NCBI GenBank assembly: GCA_041690355.1
Contig: JAWLHK010000018.1
Span: 1 to 64,000 of the forward strand
Reading direction: 5' to 3'
DNA: 64,000 nt
DNA from: a bacterium
GTDB taxonomy: Bacteria > J088 > JAWLBW01
The notes beneath the pieces are model-generated. The model did not search any database, was not told the origin of the DNA, and saw nothing but the letters and a program-made list of their open reading frames with translations. Position numbers and translations under genes: made by a program. This document shows positions 52,944-62,353 of this stretch, in pieces (the first letter of the stretch is position 1; the number at the start of each line of letters is the position of its first letter).

Positions 52944-54535
52944 TGCTCGAAAGGGATGAAGGCAAAGAAGGCGTAGAGCAAGAGGAGGTTCAGGCCCTCG
53001 CCGAATCTCTGCGTCTCCATCTTGGGAGTCTTCAACCATCCGCCGACCACGGAACCGCGGTGCCGGAGGCGAGTACGACCTCCGGTCTGCAGAGGGTACG
53101 GTTTCCAGAGACGCTTCTACGCAGTCAAGCCTCCGCAAAGGACGAGTACTACTGGCTTCGAACGCCTTCCCTCGAGAGGATCGCCCCCATCCAGACGCCG
53201 GAATACTTTCCCCACCGCAATGAGCCCTCACCAGAGATACTGCCACCGGTAGAACACGCGAGAGGCAGGCAGCCTGACCGACAGCGAGCCGACGGGCCAC
53301 CCTTAACGGGATCCCGCGGCCTGCGCGCTAGAACGGGAGCATCGGTGCGAGAAGACTTTCCGGCCTTGAACCAGAAGGTCAACGGTCATCCACTTGTATG
53401 GCTCGACAACGGCGCGACGACACAAAAGCCGAACGAAGTCATCGAGGCCGTGAACGCCTTTTATCGGTTCGACAATTCCAATGTTCATCGCGGCGCGCAT
53501 ACCCTTGCCGCCCGTGCAACCGATGCGTACGAGAATGCCCGCGAGCGGGTTCGCGCTTTTCTCGGCGCGGCAAGTTCAGAAGAGGTCGTTTTCGTAAGGG
53601 GCACGACCGAGGCCATCAATCTCGTCGCACAGTCATGGGGAGCGGCCAATGTCTCAGCAGGAGATGAGATTCTTGTCTCCCAGCTCGAGCACCATTCGAA
53701 CATTGTTCCGTGGTTCGAACTTTGCCGCCGTGTTGGAGCCAGGCTCCGCGTCATTCCCGTCGATGACGACGGGAACATTGATCTCGAATCCTATGGGCGA
53801 ATGCTTAATTCCCGGACCAGGCTCGTCGCCCTTACTCAGGTCGCCAACGCCATCGGCACGGTGCTACCCATCGGGCTGATGGCCCAGATCGCCAAAACGC
53901 ACGGCGCAACCGTTCTGGTCGACGGAGCGCAGTCGATTGCGCATTTACCGGTGAATGTTGCCTGTCTCGATATCGACTTCTTCGCGTTCTCAGGTCACAA
54001 AATCTACGGACCCACCGGCATTGGCGTGCTGTGGGCGCGAAAGGGCATTCTCGAGTGCATGCCCCCATGGCAGGGCGGCGGAAGCATGATTCGCGACGTC
54101 ACCTTCGAGCGAATCGAGTACGCATCCCTGCCCGCACGCTTTGAAGCGGGAACGCCAAACCTGGCTGGTGCCGTCGGTCTCGGTAGTGCCCTCGCGTATG
54201 TCGTGCAACTGGGGCGAGTGGCAATTGCGGCGCATGAACACGAACTCCTGAACCGCCTTCTCGAGCGGCTACGAAACCTCCCGCATGTGACAACGATAGG
54301 CGCACCATTCACGCAAGCTGGTGCTGTATCGTTCGTTGTCGAGGGTCACGACCCGCAAAAGGTCGGGAAGTACTTGAACAGCCGTGGCATAGCCGTACGC
54401 GCGGGGCATCACTGCGCCCAGCCCACCCTGCGGCGCTTCGGCTACGAAGCCTCCGTACGTGCCTCCGTTGGAGTTTACAACGACGAAGAGGATATCGACA
54501 TGCTTCTGTCGGCACTGAGATCGCTGAAGCCATAA
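52943..54535 (+). CDS. SufS-type cysteine desulfurase with ~130-aa N-terminal extension (encapsulin cargo)
   Basis: WLDNGATTQKP, NVHRGAH, FSGHK and RAGHHCAQP motifs; TGATG coupling to the encapsulin. Confidence 0.93.
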   Translation: MLERDEGKEGVEQEEVQALAESLRLHLGSLQPSADHGTAVPEASTTSGLQRVRFPETLLRSQASAKDEYYWLRTPSLERIAPIQTPEYFPHRNEPSPEILPPVEHARGRQPDRQRADGPPLTGSRGLRARTGASVREDFPALNQKVNGHPLVWLDNGATTQKPNEVIEAVNAFYRFDNSNVHRGAHTLAARATDAYENARERVRAFLGAASSEEVVFVRGTTEAINLVAQSWGAANVSAGDEILVSQLEHHSNIVPWFELCRRVGARLRVIPVDDDGNIDLESYGRMLNSRTRLVALTQVANAIGTVLPIGLMAQIAKTHGATVLVDGAQSIAHLPVNVACLDIDFFAFSGHKIYGPTGIGVLWARKGILECMPPWQGGGSMIRDVTFERIEYASLPARFEAGTPNLAGAVGLGSALAYVVQLGRVAIAAHEHELLNRLLERLRNLPHVTTIGAPFTQAGAVSFVVEGHDPQKVGKYLNSRGIAVRAGHHCAQPTLRRFGYEASVRASVGVYNDEEDIDMLLSALRSLKP

Positions 54536-54543
54536 GAGCCATT

Positions 54544-57500
54544 ATGAAGAGACATTTGATTCTGGTTGCCTCAGCGCTTGTGCACTATGCGTGTTCGGCA
54601 GAGCTGGAACACCAAGGCCCCTTCGATCCCATGACCGACGCGGCGAAGCAGGCGCCCGCCGAGGTCTCGGGCAAAATTACGCTTGAAGGAGAGTCAGACT
54701 ACGCGGGGGTGAACATCCTCTTTTCGGGGCCAACCGAAAAGTCAACCGTGACCCTGGCCGACGGTTCTTTCTCCACGAACGGTTTAGTTCCCGGACGCTA
54801 TCGAATTACCTACTCTGCACGCGGATTTCAGGAGATCAGCCAGGTTCTGGAACTCTCACTCGGTGAGCGTCTCGAGCTGCCGACCGGCGGATTGGCGCTA
54901 CGTACGGCCACCGTTCGCGGTGAAATCAAATCAGACGACGAGAGCCTGCTTGACGTTACAGGCAGCCAAATCAGAATCCGGCGCATCTACGGTCCGCGAG
55001 CAAGCAGCCAAGCCGGCCCCGCGCTCCGTAGGTCAGCGGAGGTTTTGGACGACGACGAAGACTCCTTCACTGACTTTACGACCGTCGACTCCGATGGGAC
55101 ATACGAATACGACGGCGTTAAGGCCGGCACCTACACGATGATCGTCAAACAAGAGGGTGCCGTTTCGACGGAAACCGAGTTCAACGTTTCCGGTGAGACC
55201 GAAGATGTCACCGTCAAACCGCAGGTCATCAAGCCGCTCTCGGGCGTTTTTTCAATCCGCGGGACCCTGCGCGACGGCTCCGTCTCGCTCGCCTATACGG
55301 TGACCCGTGACGTGACGGTCCTTGCAACGGCTTACAATGCATCGTTTGTGCAGCTTGGCGAAGATAGAGGCAACGGTTGCATCTACGGTATCGATCAGGA
55401 ACTCGAGGCGGCCATGGACATTCGACTATCGGCCGGCGATGGACTGAAGACGGCATGCATGCGACTGAAAGACAACGCGGGAGCATCGAGCCCCGACATC
55501 CGTTCGACGATCTTTCTCGACGCCACTCCGCCGACTGTGCCGTTTCTGGAACTGAATGGCGGCCGCGAGTACACAACTGACGACATCGTAACGGCCGAGG
55601 TCTTTGCCAGTGATACCGGCGCGGGGGTGCATCGCATCCACTACCGCTTCGGAGCGGCCACGACGTCAACGATCAACTACGTTCCGTCGTTCATTCACGG
55701 CTTGACGCAGGAAGGCGAGCAAGACTTATGGTTACAGGTCGAGGACCGGGCAGGAAACCTCTCTTTGCCGTATGTGATTCCCCTGAGGTACGACGGCACG
55801 CCACCGATCTCCCCTGCCGTCGAAATTCTCGGTAGCGAGGGCGTCGCGCTGCGAACGGCCAGAGAAATCGTCACCCTGCAACTCAGCTACCCCGATGACG
55901 CAGCAGAGATGCGGCTTTCGAACCTGGCCGACCTGTCGGGCGTGCCATGGCAAGCGGTTACCCCTTCTTTACCCTGGCAGCTCTATTCAGGCGACGGCGT
56001 CAAAACCGTATACGTTCAGGTACGGGATGAGGCCGGGAACGCGAGCGCCATATCGGCGGCGACGATTACCCTCGATCAATCGCCCCCCGAGACGCCGGCG
56101 TTACAGGTCTTCGACATCGACGGAGACGGTTTTGCCCTCTCATCCACCCGCGTCGAGCTCCGCTGGAGTCAGGCGATCGAAGGTGATCTCGCCTCCTATG
56201 AGCTTCAGGTTTTCGTCGAAGGCTTGTCGACCTCTTTCGTCGCCGAGGCGACACCCGGTCCCTCACAGTTCGAATACGCGAGCGATGTGTCGATGACGAC
56301 CGGCTACACGCACAACTACCGCGTTCGGGCTGCCGACGATCTCGGGAATACGTCAGCCTGGTCCAACATTGCCATCGCAAAGCCATTCGATCCGGTGGGT
56401 GTCGTGTGCAGTGTGGAGGCCGGTCCGGACCAATTTTCGCTGGGATGGTCACCGGGGGTTGGCACCTACACGATTGAATCCACGCTTTCAAAGCGAAACG
56501 CATTCGGCACAGCTACGTTTACGGATCTCACGGCGAATCAGGTTTTTGCCGGATACGCCGCCCCGTTTGCCCTTCCGGAGCAGGCGATGGATTACGAGCT
56601 GATCCTTCGGCAGTCGAACCAAGACAACAGCCTCAGCTACCGGAGCACGTTCGATGCACCCGGCCCCTACCGAAAGCGGCTCGGTGCCGGTGGCTTGTAC
56701 GTCGCCATTGAAATGGATTTGGCGGGGGCGATCCATATCGGCCATTGGGATCTGTACAAAAACGACCTCCTGTACACGACGAACAAAGGCGGCGAATGGG
56801 TTACCGAGTCCGTCGAGTCGGCCGGCAGAGTTGGTGAATATGCCGACATGACCCTTGATGCACATGGGTACGCCCATTTCAGCTACTACGACGGCTATCC
56901 GAATAACGATTTAAAGTACGCCACAAATGCCTCCGGAAGCTGGCAGGTTTATACGGTGGATGCGACGGGCACGACCGGCTGGCAGACCTCGATCGCCGTC
57001 GACAGCCAAGGCGCCGCGCATGTCAGCTACCACTATCAAACCGAGAACGACCTCCGCTACGCGACGAATGAATCGGGGAGCTGGCAGAGCTATACGTTGG
57101 ATACGGCTGGCAATACAGGTCAATATTCATCCATCGTCGTCGATTCGGATGACCGAATTCATATTGGCTATCTCAACGTGGACCAGAACCGGCTCTATTA
57201 CGCGACCAACAAGAGCGGCGGCTGGACCCGCGAATTAATCGGTCCCGCTTCGATCTATACAAATATGGCGGTAGATGGAGAAGGGGGGCTGCACATCGCC
57301 TATGAGTACGACAGCCAGATTTGGTACGCCGAGAACACGACTGGAACGTGGACGAGACAAGCCGTAGACCCGAGCGTGAGCGTGGGTCGAGACCCTGGAA
57401 TTGCCCTGGACCTGCAGGGCAGGGTCTTCATCACCTATAGAGATTACGGCAATGATAGCCTCAAGCTTGCGACCAACCTTTCCGGCGGCTGGGAAAACGC

Positions 57501-58647
57501 AACGCTCGACGCTTCGGCTCGAAGCGGTCAGCATTCGTCAATTGCGCTTGATCGAGCCGGTCGGCTTCATATCGCCTACAGTGAAGATGACGGCTACCTT
57601 CGTTACCTCAACACCGCGCCCGGCGTGTACGAAAAGACCATCGTACACGCCACGGGTGACGCGGGAGAAATGTCGTCGTACGCACGGGCGGCGACAGGGG
57701 TAGAGTTCATTGCCTACTACCAGGCGTCGGGCCAGAACCTTCGTTTTGCCTCGAACGTTACCGGGGTATGGGAACACCGCCTGCTGGATGGAGACGGCGA
57801 GGTAGGCTGGTTTCCGTCCTTGGCCGTCGACGCCGACGGTCTTCCTCACGTCGCCTACTACAAAATGAGCCAAGCCCTCAAGTACGCGACGGCAACCTCT
57901 AGCGGCGTTTGGAGCATTGAAGTTGTCGACGATAGCGCTGATGCAGGCCGTGGAGCCTCGCTTGCATTGGACTCGACCGGGGCCGCGCATATCAGTTATC
58001 ACGATTTTGATGCGAAAGATTTGAAATATGCCACGAACGCATCCGGCAACTGGGTGATTACGACCCTCGAGTCCTCTGGAAACGTCGGCTACTTCACGTC
58101 TATTGCCGTCGACAACCAAGATAACGTGTATATTGCCTACCAGCACCCTGGTTACAAGGAACTCCGGTACGCCACCAATCGGGGAGGATCGTGGTCGTTC
58201 ACAACCATCGATAGCAACGGGGATGCCGGCTGGGCGCCCCAGCTCGTGCTGGACGAGAACGACACGCCACATATTTCCTACCACGTGTGGCCGGGCGAAA
58301 CTCGCTACGCAACGCTGCGAGGAGGAGGCTGGCAGATTGAAAGTCTAAATGACCTTGTGGGGAACACGGCGATTTACTCGTCCATCGCTGTTTCCGGCGG
58401 ACGCATCGGCGTGGCCGTCGAAAGCTTGGACCTCGGCGGACTCGTCTTCGTGGAAAAAGGTACGGGCCGCTGGACTGCCCATGTCATGGACATTGAAAAA
58501 GGCGGCGCCCCATCCCTTGAATTTGTGAATTTCGACGCAGCCTACCTCTCCTACTACGATAGGAATGCCAGAGACCTGAAATATTTATCCTTTCACTACC
58601 AATGCAGCGAAGCAAAGCAGGTTGAGCGAATCGGCCCGTTCGACTGA
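54544..58647 (+). CDS. Giant surface lipoprotein: carboxypeptidase-regulatory-like, Ig/Fn3-like and beta-propeller repeats
   Basis: Leader ending HYAC; VRDEAGN/VEDRAGN Ig-like motifs; many L(K/R)YATN.SG.W repeats. Confidence 0.78.
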   Translation: MKRHLILVASALVHYACSAELEHQGPFDPMTDAAKQAPAEVSGKITLEGESDYAGVNILFSGPTEKSTVTLADGSFSTNGLVPGRYRITYSARGFQEISQVLELSLGERLELPTGGLALRTATVRGEIKSDDESLLDVTGSQIRIRRIYGPRASSQAGPALRRSAEVLDDDEDSFTDFTTVDSDGTYEYDGVKAGTYTMIVKQEGAVSTETEFNVSGETEDVTVKPQVIKPLSGVFSIRGTLRDGSVSLAYTVTRDVTVLATAYNASFVQLGEDRGNGCIYGIDQELEAAMDIRLSAGDGLKTACMRLKDNAGASSPDIRSTIFLDATPPTVPFLELNGGREYTTDDIVTAEVFASDTGAGVHRIHYRFGAATTSTINYVPSFIHGLTQEGEQDLWLQVEDRAGNLSLPYVIPLRYDGTPPISPAVEILGSEGVALRTAREIVTLQLSYPDDAAEMRLSNLADLSGVPWQAVTPSLPWQLYSGDGVKTVYVQVRDEAGNASAISAATITLDQSPPETPALQVFDIDGDGFALSSTRVELRWSQAIEGDLASYELQVFVEGLSTSFVAEATPGPSQFEYASDVSMTTGYTHNYRVRAADDLGNTSAWSNIAIAKPFDPVGVVCSVEAGPDQFSLGWSPGVGTYTIESTLSKRNAFGTATFTDLTANQVFAGYAAPFALPEQAMDYELILRQSNQDNSLSYRSTFDAPGPYRKRLGAGGLYVAIEMDLAGAIHIGHWDLYKNDLLYTTNKGGEWVTESVESAGRVGEYADMTLDAHGYAHFSYYDGYPNNDLKYATNASGSWQVYTVDATGTTGWQTSIAVDSQGAAHVSYHYQTENDLRYATNESGSWQSYTLDTAGNTGQYSSIVVDSDDRIHIGYLNVDQNRLYYATNKSGGWTRELIGPASIYTNMAVDGEGGLHIAYEYDSQIWYAENTTGTWTRQAVDPSVSVGRDPGIALDLQGRVFITYRDYGNDSLKLATNLSGGWENATLDASARSGQHSSIALDRAGRLHIAYSEDDGYLRYLNTAPGVYEKTIVHATGDAGEMSSYARAATGVEFIAYYQASGQNLRFASNVTGVWEHRLLDGDGEVGWFPSLAVDADGLPHVAYYKMSQALKYATATSSGVWSIEVVDDSADAGRGASLALDSTGAAHISYHDFDAKDLKYATNASGNWVITTLESSGNVGYFTSIAVDNQDNVYIAYQHPGYKELRYATNRGGSWSFTTIDSNGDAGWAPQLVLDENDTPHISYHVWPGETRYATLRGGGWQIESLNDLVGNTAIYSSIAVSGGRIGVAVESLDLGGLVFVEKGTGRWTAHVMDIEKGGAPSLEFVNFDAAYLSYYDRNARDLKYLSFHYQCSEAKQVERIGPFD

Positions 58648-58717
58648 TTGACGCATTGGCAGGTGGAATTGCGGTCGGCAAGAAGGTCGACGGCATGAAG
58701 ACCGTAGGTCAAGTATA

Positions 58718-59022
58718 CTGCGCCTGAGTTCTCCCGAGGTAGAAGCACGGACCAACCGGTGGGGAAATTATCCGGTCCTTCCCGGCCGCAAGCCCGGAGG
58801 CGGGAGTCAGCCCGGTTCCCGCGCCCGCCGGCAGGTCGCCATTTTCGCGCTCGCCATCCTGCCGGCCGTGCTCACCGTGCATGCGCTGCTGAACGGCGCC
58901 CCGGACGTCGGAGACGCGGTGGCGCCGTCGTCGCGTGCCTGCTCCTGCTCTTCGGCGGCGCGGGCGCTCTCCTGCTGCTGACGTGGCTTCTCGAGCGCTT
59001 GCTGGGGGGGGGAGGGGGGTAG
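58718..59022 (+). pseudogene. Membrane protein copy 3, 5'-truncated with a 1-nt deletion near 58920
   Basis: Aligns to the 3' two-thirds of copies 1 and 2; gcggtggcgcc vs gcggtgggcgcc. Confidence 0.85.
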
Positions 59023-59596
59023 CGATAACGGAGTGATGGTGAGCGGCAAGGCCCACGTATTGCTAAGAATCCACCAGAAAGCGGGGACGGCCGCAGTCCG
59101 CTCGAGTATCGGGTTAGACTAGGAGGAGTGTCTCCTCCCGGCAACGGTCAATGAAAAGCGATATGACGGCCAAAGAAAGTCTAGTATATGCAACGTCGAT
59201 GCCGATCGCCGACTTATCGTTAACCCCTTGAGACCGGCTCCCACTTGCCGCCCGTGTATGTCTCGACCCCCAAACTGAGTATTTGGCTGCACGCCGTGCA
59301 GGAGAAGTAGTAGATAGGAATGTCGTCCCAGGTACCTCTCTCTGAAATTTCAGAAATCGGCGGGCTTGAGATCCTTATTTAGCCACTGGGCCAAAAGTCC
59401 GATGGCTCCAAGCGGCCGGCGGCGATCTCTTCTTTCGCTAGTCTGATCGGGTCGAAGGTCCCGTGGCGATTGAAGCGCTCGCAGAGACTGCACATCCTGC
59501 TTCGTTTCTGGCACATGGACCGTTCGGGGCTAACTCTTGCTGTGGTGATGATGCCTCACGGTCTAACATCTATTGGGCAGCTGCACCACCAAAAGG

Positions 59597-60607
59597 TCAT
59601 GGCAGCTCTGTCGGCCATGTTGCGGCATAGACCTGACGACAAACTACATCCCATGCATTCCAGTCTTTCTTACGCGGAGCTCCTGGGATGCCCCAGTATC
59701 CGTCACCGGGCATTTTGTCGGTCTCCGAAACCACGATACTACTGATGGGAGGAAGCGCGTGCTCGGTGCAGCGCCGACTAACCTGGCCCAACGGGGTACC
59801 CCATCTCCTCCGCTCAACCCTGACATCAGCCCTTACGAAGTAGGCGTCCGAAAGTTCCTGATAGGTGATCGTGTCCTTTGTTCGGACAATTGTAAGGAGA
59901 ATCTCGTAGACAACATTCAGATCAACATGCGACTCGGGGGGTGCGCCCTCAACTCGCTCTCTTCCATTGGGCTTTGACGGGGGCTGGTTCGTATGTTGAG
60001 ACCCGTGCGACGCAGCCATTGGTTGGAGTGGAATCGGGCGCTCTAGCGGTGGGAGACCTGGCACGGCTGGATGTTGCAGCTGCGAGGCGTCTCGATAGGC
60101 CCGTTCGTAGCGCGCCAGCCATGAGTCGTCTGGTTCGACGCCGGCACCCCACGCTTCATCGAACACGTTGACCAGACTACGAATAACCTCGTTGCCTTGG
60201 GGACCCGCAAGCATCAGGTTGACCTCGGTGTTCTCGCCGAAGCCACCAGACGTGAAGTTGCTCGATCCAATGACGATACGCGTAGTGGAACCGTTGCTTG
60301 CGACGAGCAGCTTCGGATGAAAAACTCCGCCAGCTTGGTGAATCACACGAAGCACACGGAGTGCGTGTAGTTGTCGGAGGACGAACGGCTCGGTACGGTT
60401 GAAGTGAACGCCGAGGATCGCCCTGCGCACCTTTCCGAGCGGCAGAGCCTTCCAGTGATTTGCAGTACCTTCGCCGGAGGAGGCCCAAGCGTAGGCCAGG
60501 TCGATATAGCTCGACCAATCCGCGACGCCACGGAGTGCGGCAACCAACTCGACCTCCGTAGCGAGAACCTCAACTGAAAGCACGTTGCTGACTCCTTTTC
60601 GCTGCAT
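59597..60607 (-). CDS. Phospholipase D-family (NgoFVII/BfiI-like) nuclease domain plus C-terminal domain
   Basis: FHPKLL...IGSSNFTSGGFGENTEVN; Pro-rich linker; start uncertain. Confidence 0.82.
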   Translation of the reverse strand: MQRKGVSNVLSVEVLATEVELVAALRGVADWSSYIDLAYAWASSGEGTANHWKALPLGKVRRAILGVHFNRTEPFVLRQLHALRVLRVIHQAGGVFHPKLLVASNGSTTRIVIGSSNFTSGGFGENTEVNLMLAGPQGNEVIRSLVNVFDEAWGAGVEPDDSWLARYERAYRDASQLQHPAVPGLPPLERPIPLQPMAASHGSQHTNQPPSKPNGRERVEGAPPESHVDLNVVYEILLTIVRTKDTITYQELSDAYFVRADVRVERRRWGTPLGQVSRRCTEHALPPISSIVVSETDKMPGDGYWGIPGAPRKKDWNAWDVVCRQVYAATWPTELP

Positions 60608-60744
60608 GGAGTGCCGACCTACTCAGGGAGGAAGTTCCGGTCTGCCCAAGTTCCAGGTCGCCGGCGGCGGCCCCGCGGTATCCCAAATTTACCTCATCGC
60701 TAAGCAGGCCGCAGTCCGCATGAAGTAGGCTTGTTAGAGTGAGA

Positions 60745-62343
60745 CTATATGAGTGCACTTTCTGCGGGTGGGATGTCGTCAACCTCAGAGACGGACAATG
60801 GGGCATCTTCATCTGGTGGATTGAACACGTCTAGATACTGATGAAGCGTCATTTTCTTTCTAGTTTCAATGCAATCCCGAAACAATCCGAAATCGGCGCG
60901 GTCCGTGAACAGGGCGTTCTGATTTAAGAAAGTCATTCGAGTCAGAGGGTCTCGAAGCTCTGGCTTTCGCTTAAGGTAGCCATGAAGGTTATTGCTGGTA
61001 ATGAAATAAGATATCCACGTTATAAGATATTTATTCCGTTGTTCGTCACGAGAAAGAGCGATTAAGTAGTCTTCGAGATGCGCAACAATCGTTGCATGTC
61101 GTTGTGATTTAGCGGAACTTGGAAGCAGAGCCTCTAAAATTGCTAGAACCTTTGGAAAGGACTTGGTGCGAAGTCGCGCCATCATGAAAAGCATGCTGAT
61201 TATATTTTCGGTCTGGCCACCGGCCAGTGAAACCTTGAGACTTCCATCGGCAGTCACAATGTCTGCGAGGAACCGATCGATTACGCCCGTGCCTGGATAC
61301 TCGCGGTCTATCCGTAGGACAGCTAAATACAGCTCTCTGAACTCCTTCCAGGTGTAGCTTCGACGCGGCCTCGGAAGAGCTAGATGATACATAGAAACCC
61401 AAGGTCTAAATAACCCATCTGGCAATGACGAAATCGTTGTCTTTTCTTCTCCAAGTTCTAGGTTAAAGGTTTTCAGCGCTGTCTGCAGGTGCTTCACAAC
61501 TTCAACCGCATCGCTTTCGGACTGTACGAGTATTCTATAATCGTCCTTAAACCTTACCGCCTGGCACCGGATTTTGCTCTTGCGCAGTTGCTTTGAAAAA
61601 ACGAGATCTACAGCTGCAGCCAACACTTCGGCAATGACGTCCGAGACAACCGGGCCGATTGGGATACCGTTTGTGCAACCATCGTTGGCGTTCTGGAACA
61701 AACTGTCCAGCTTGTTCCCTATAAGCGAGAAGTCGCGGAGATTATGCTTGGCGCGGACGAAATCTTTTCCGTGAATCGCCCAAGCGATAGTATGTGTGTA
61801 GATTGACCGGTAATAGTTTCGGATGTCAGCCTTCACAATATGTGAATATTCGTATGCTACCGAGACGAGTTGGTCTTCGGCCACCCGTATATACTCATAA
61901 ATCGCGCGACCCGAGCGAAGCTTGTTGAGGCGTCCTGGGTGTCTCGAGTCGATTGGGATCGGGAAGCTATAGCATACTACGTCACTCTCCGCTGGCAGCA
62001 TAGCATCGACAATTTGCGCCCAGTTCGAGGTGAGAGCGATGACTATGTCATGGTGGACTAGCGGGTCAATGATGCCGAAAGTGCGGTCAGTTAGTCTTGT
62101 CTTAGGAAAATGAATCGTTGCACACTCTGTGCGCTCTGGTTTGTATTTCCCATTCTCTTTAACGATAAAGTAAGGCCGTCCAGTTTGAGGGTGCTTCACA
62201 ACCGTAAAACACGGGGGTAGGACATAGGACTCCGGGAAATAGCCATTCCTTAGAAGCCAGTTTTGAAGAGGCCGTTCTTCGAGGGCAAGTGCTAGCTCCC
62301 GAGTTTGCTCATGATACTGGCGAAGGCGATTGATTGGATCCAT
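60745..62343 (-). CDS. Reverse transcriptase of the UG/Abi (DRT) class, possibly DRT4-like
   Basis: NGYFPESYVLPPCF, KADIRNYYRSIYTHTIAWA, GIPIGPVVSD, RFKDDY; helical C-terminus. Confidence 0.9.
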   Translation of the reverse strand: MDPINRLRQYHEQTRELALALEERPLQNWLLRNGYFPESYVLPPCFTVVKHPQTGRPYFIVKENGKYKPERTECATIHFPKTRLTDRTFGIIDPLVHHDIVIALTSNWAQIVDAMLPAESDVVCYSFPIPIDSRHPGRLNKLRSGRAIYEYIRVAEDQLVSVAYEYSHIVKADIRNYYRSIYTHTIAWAIHGKDFVRAKHNLRDFSLIGNKLDSLFQNANDGCTNGIPIGPVVSDVIAEVLAAAVDLVFSKQLRKSKIRCQAVRFKDDYRILVQSESDAVEVVKHLQTALKTFNLELGEEKTTISSLPDGLFRPWVSMYHLALPRPRRSYTWKEFRELYLAVLRIDREYPGTGVIDRFLADIVTADGSLKVSLAGGQTENIISMLFMMARLRTKSFPKVLAILEALLPSSAKSQRHATIVAHLEDYLIALSRDEQRNKYLITWISYFITSNNLHGYLKRKPELRDPLTRMTFLNQNALFTDRADFGLFRDCIETRKKMTLHQYLDVFNPPDEDAPLSVSEVDDIPPAESALI

Positions 62344-62353
62344 CCGGACTTCC

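Noticed and set aside
43603-59022. Triplicated gene as DGR template/variable repeats
   Set aside because: Differences between copies involve all four bases rather than adenines only.
60745-62343. Retron, group II intron or DGR reverse transcriptase
   Set aside because: No msr/msd inverted repeats, intron domain V/maturase or adenine-specific TR/VR pair seen; motifs fit the UG/Abi class.
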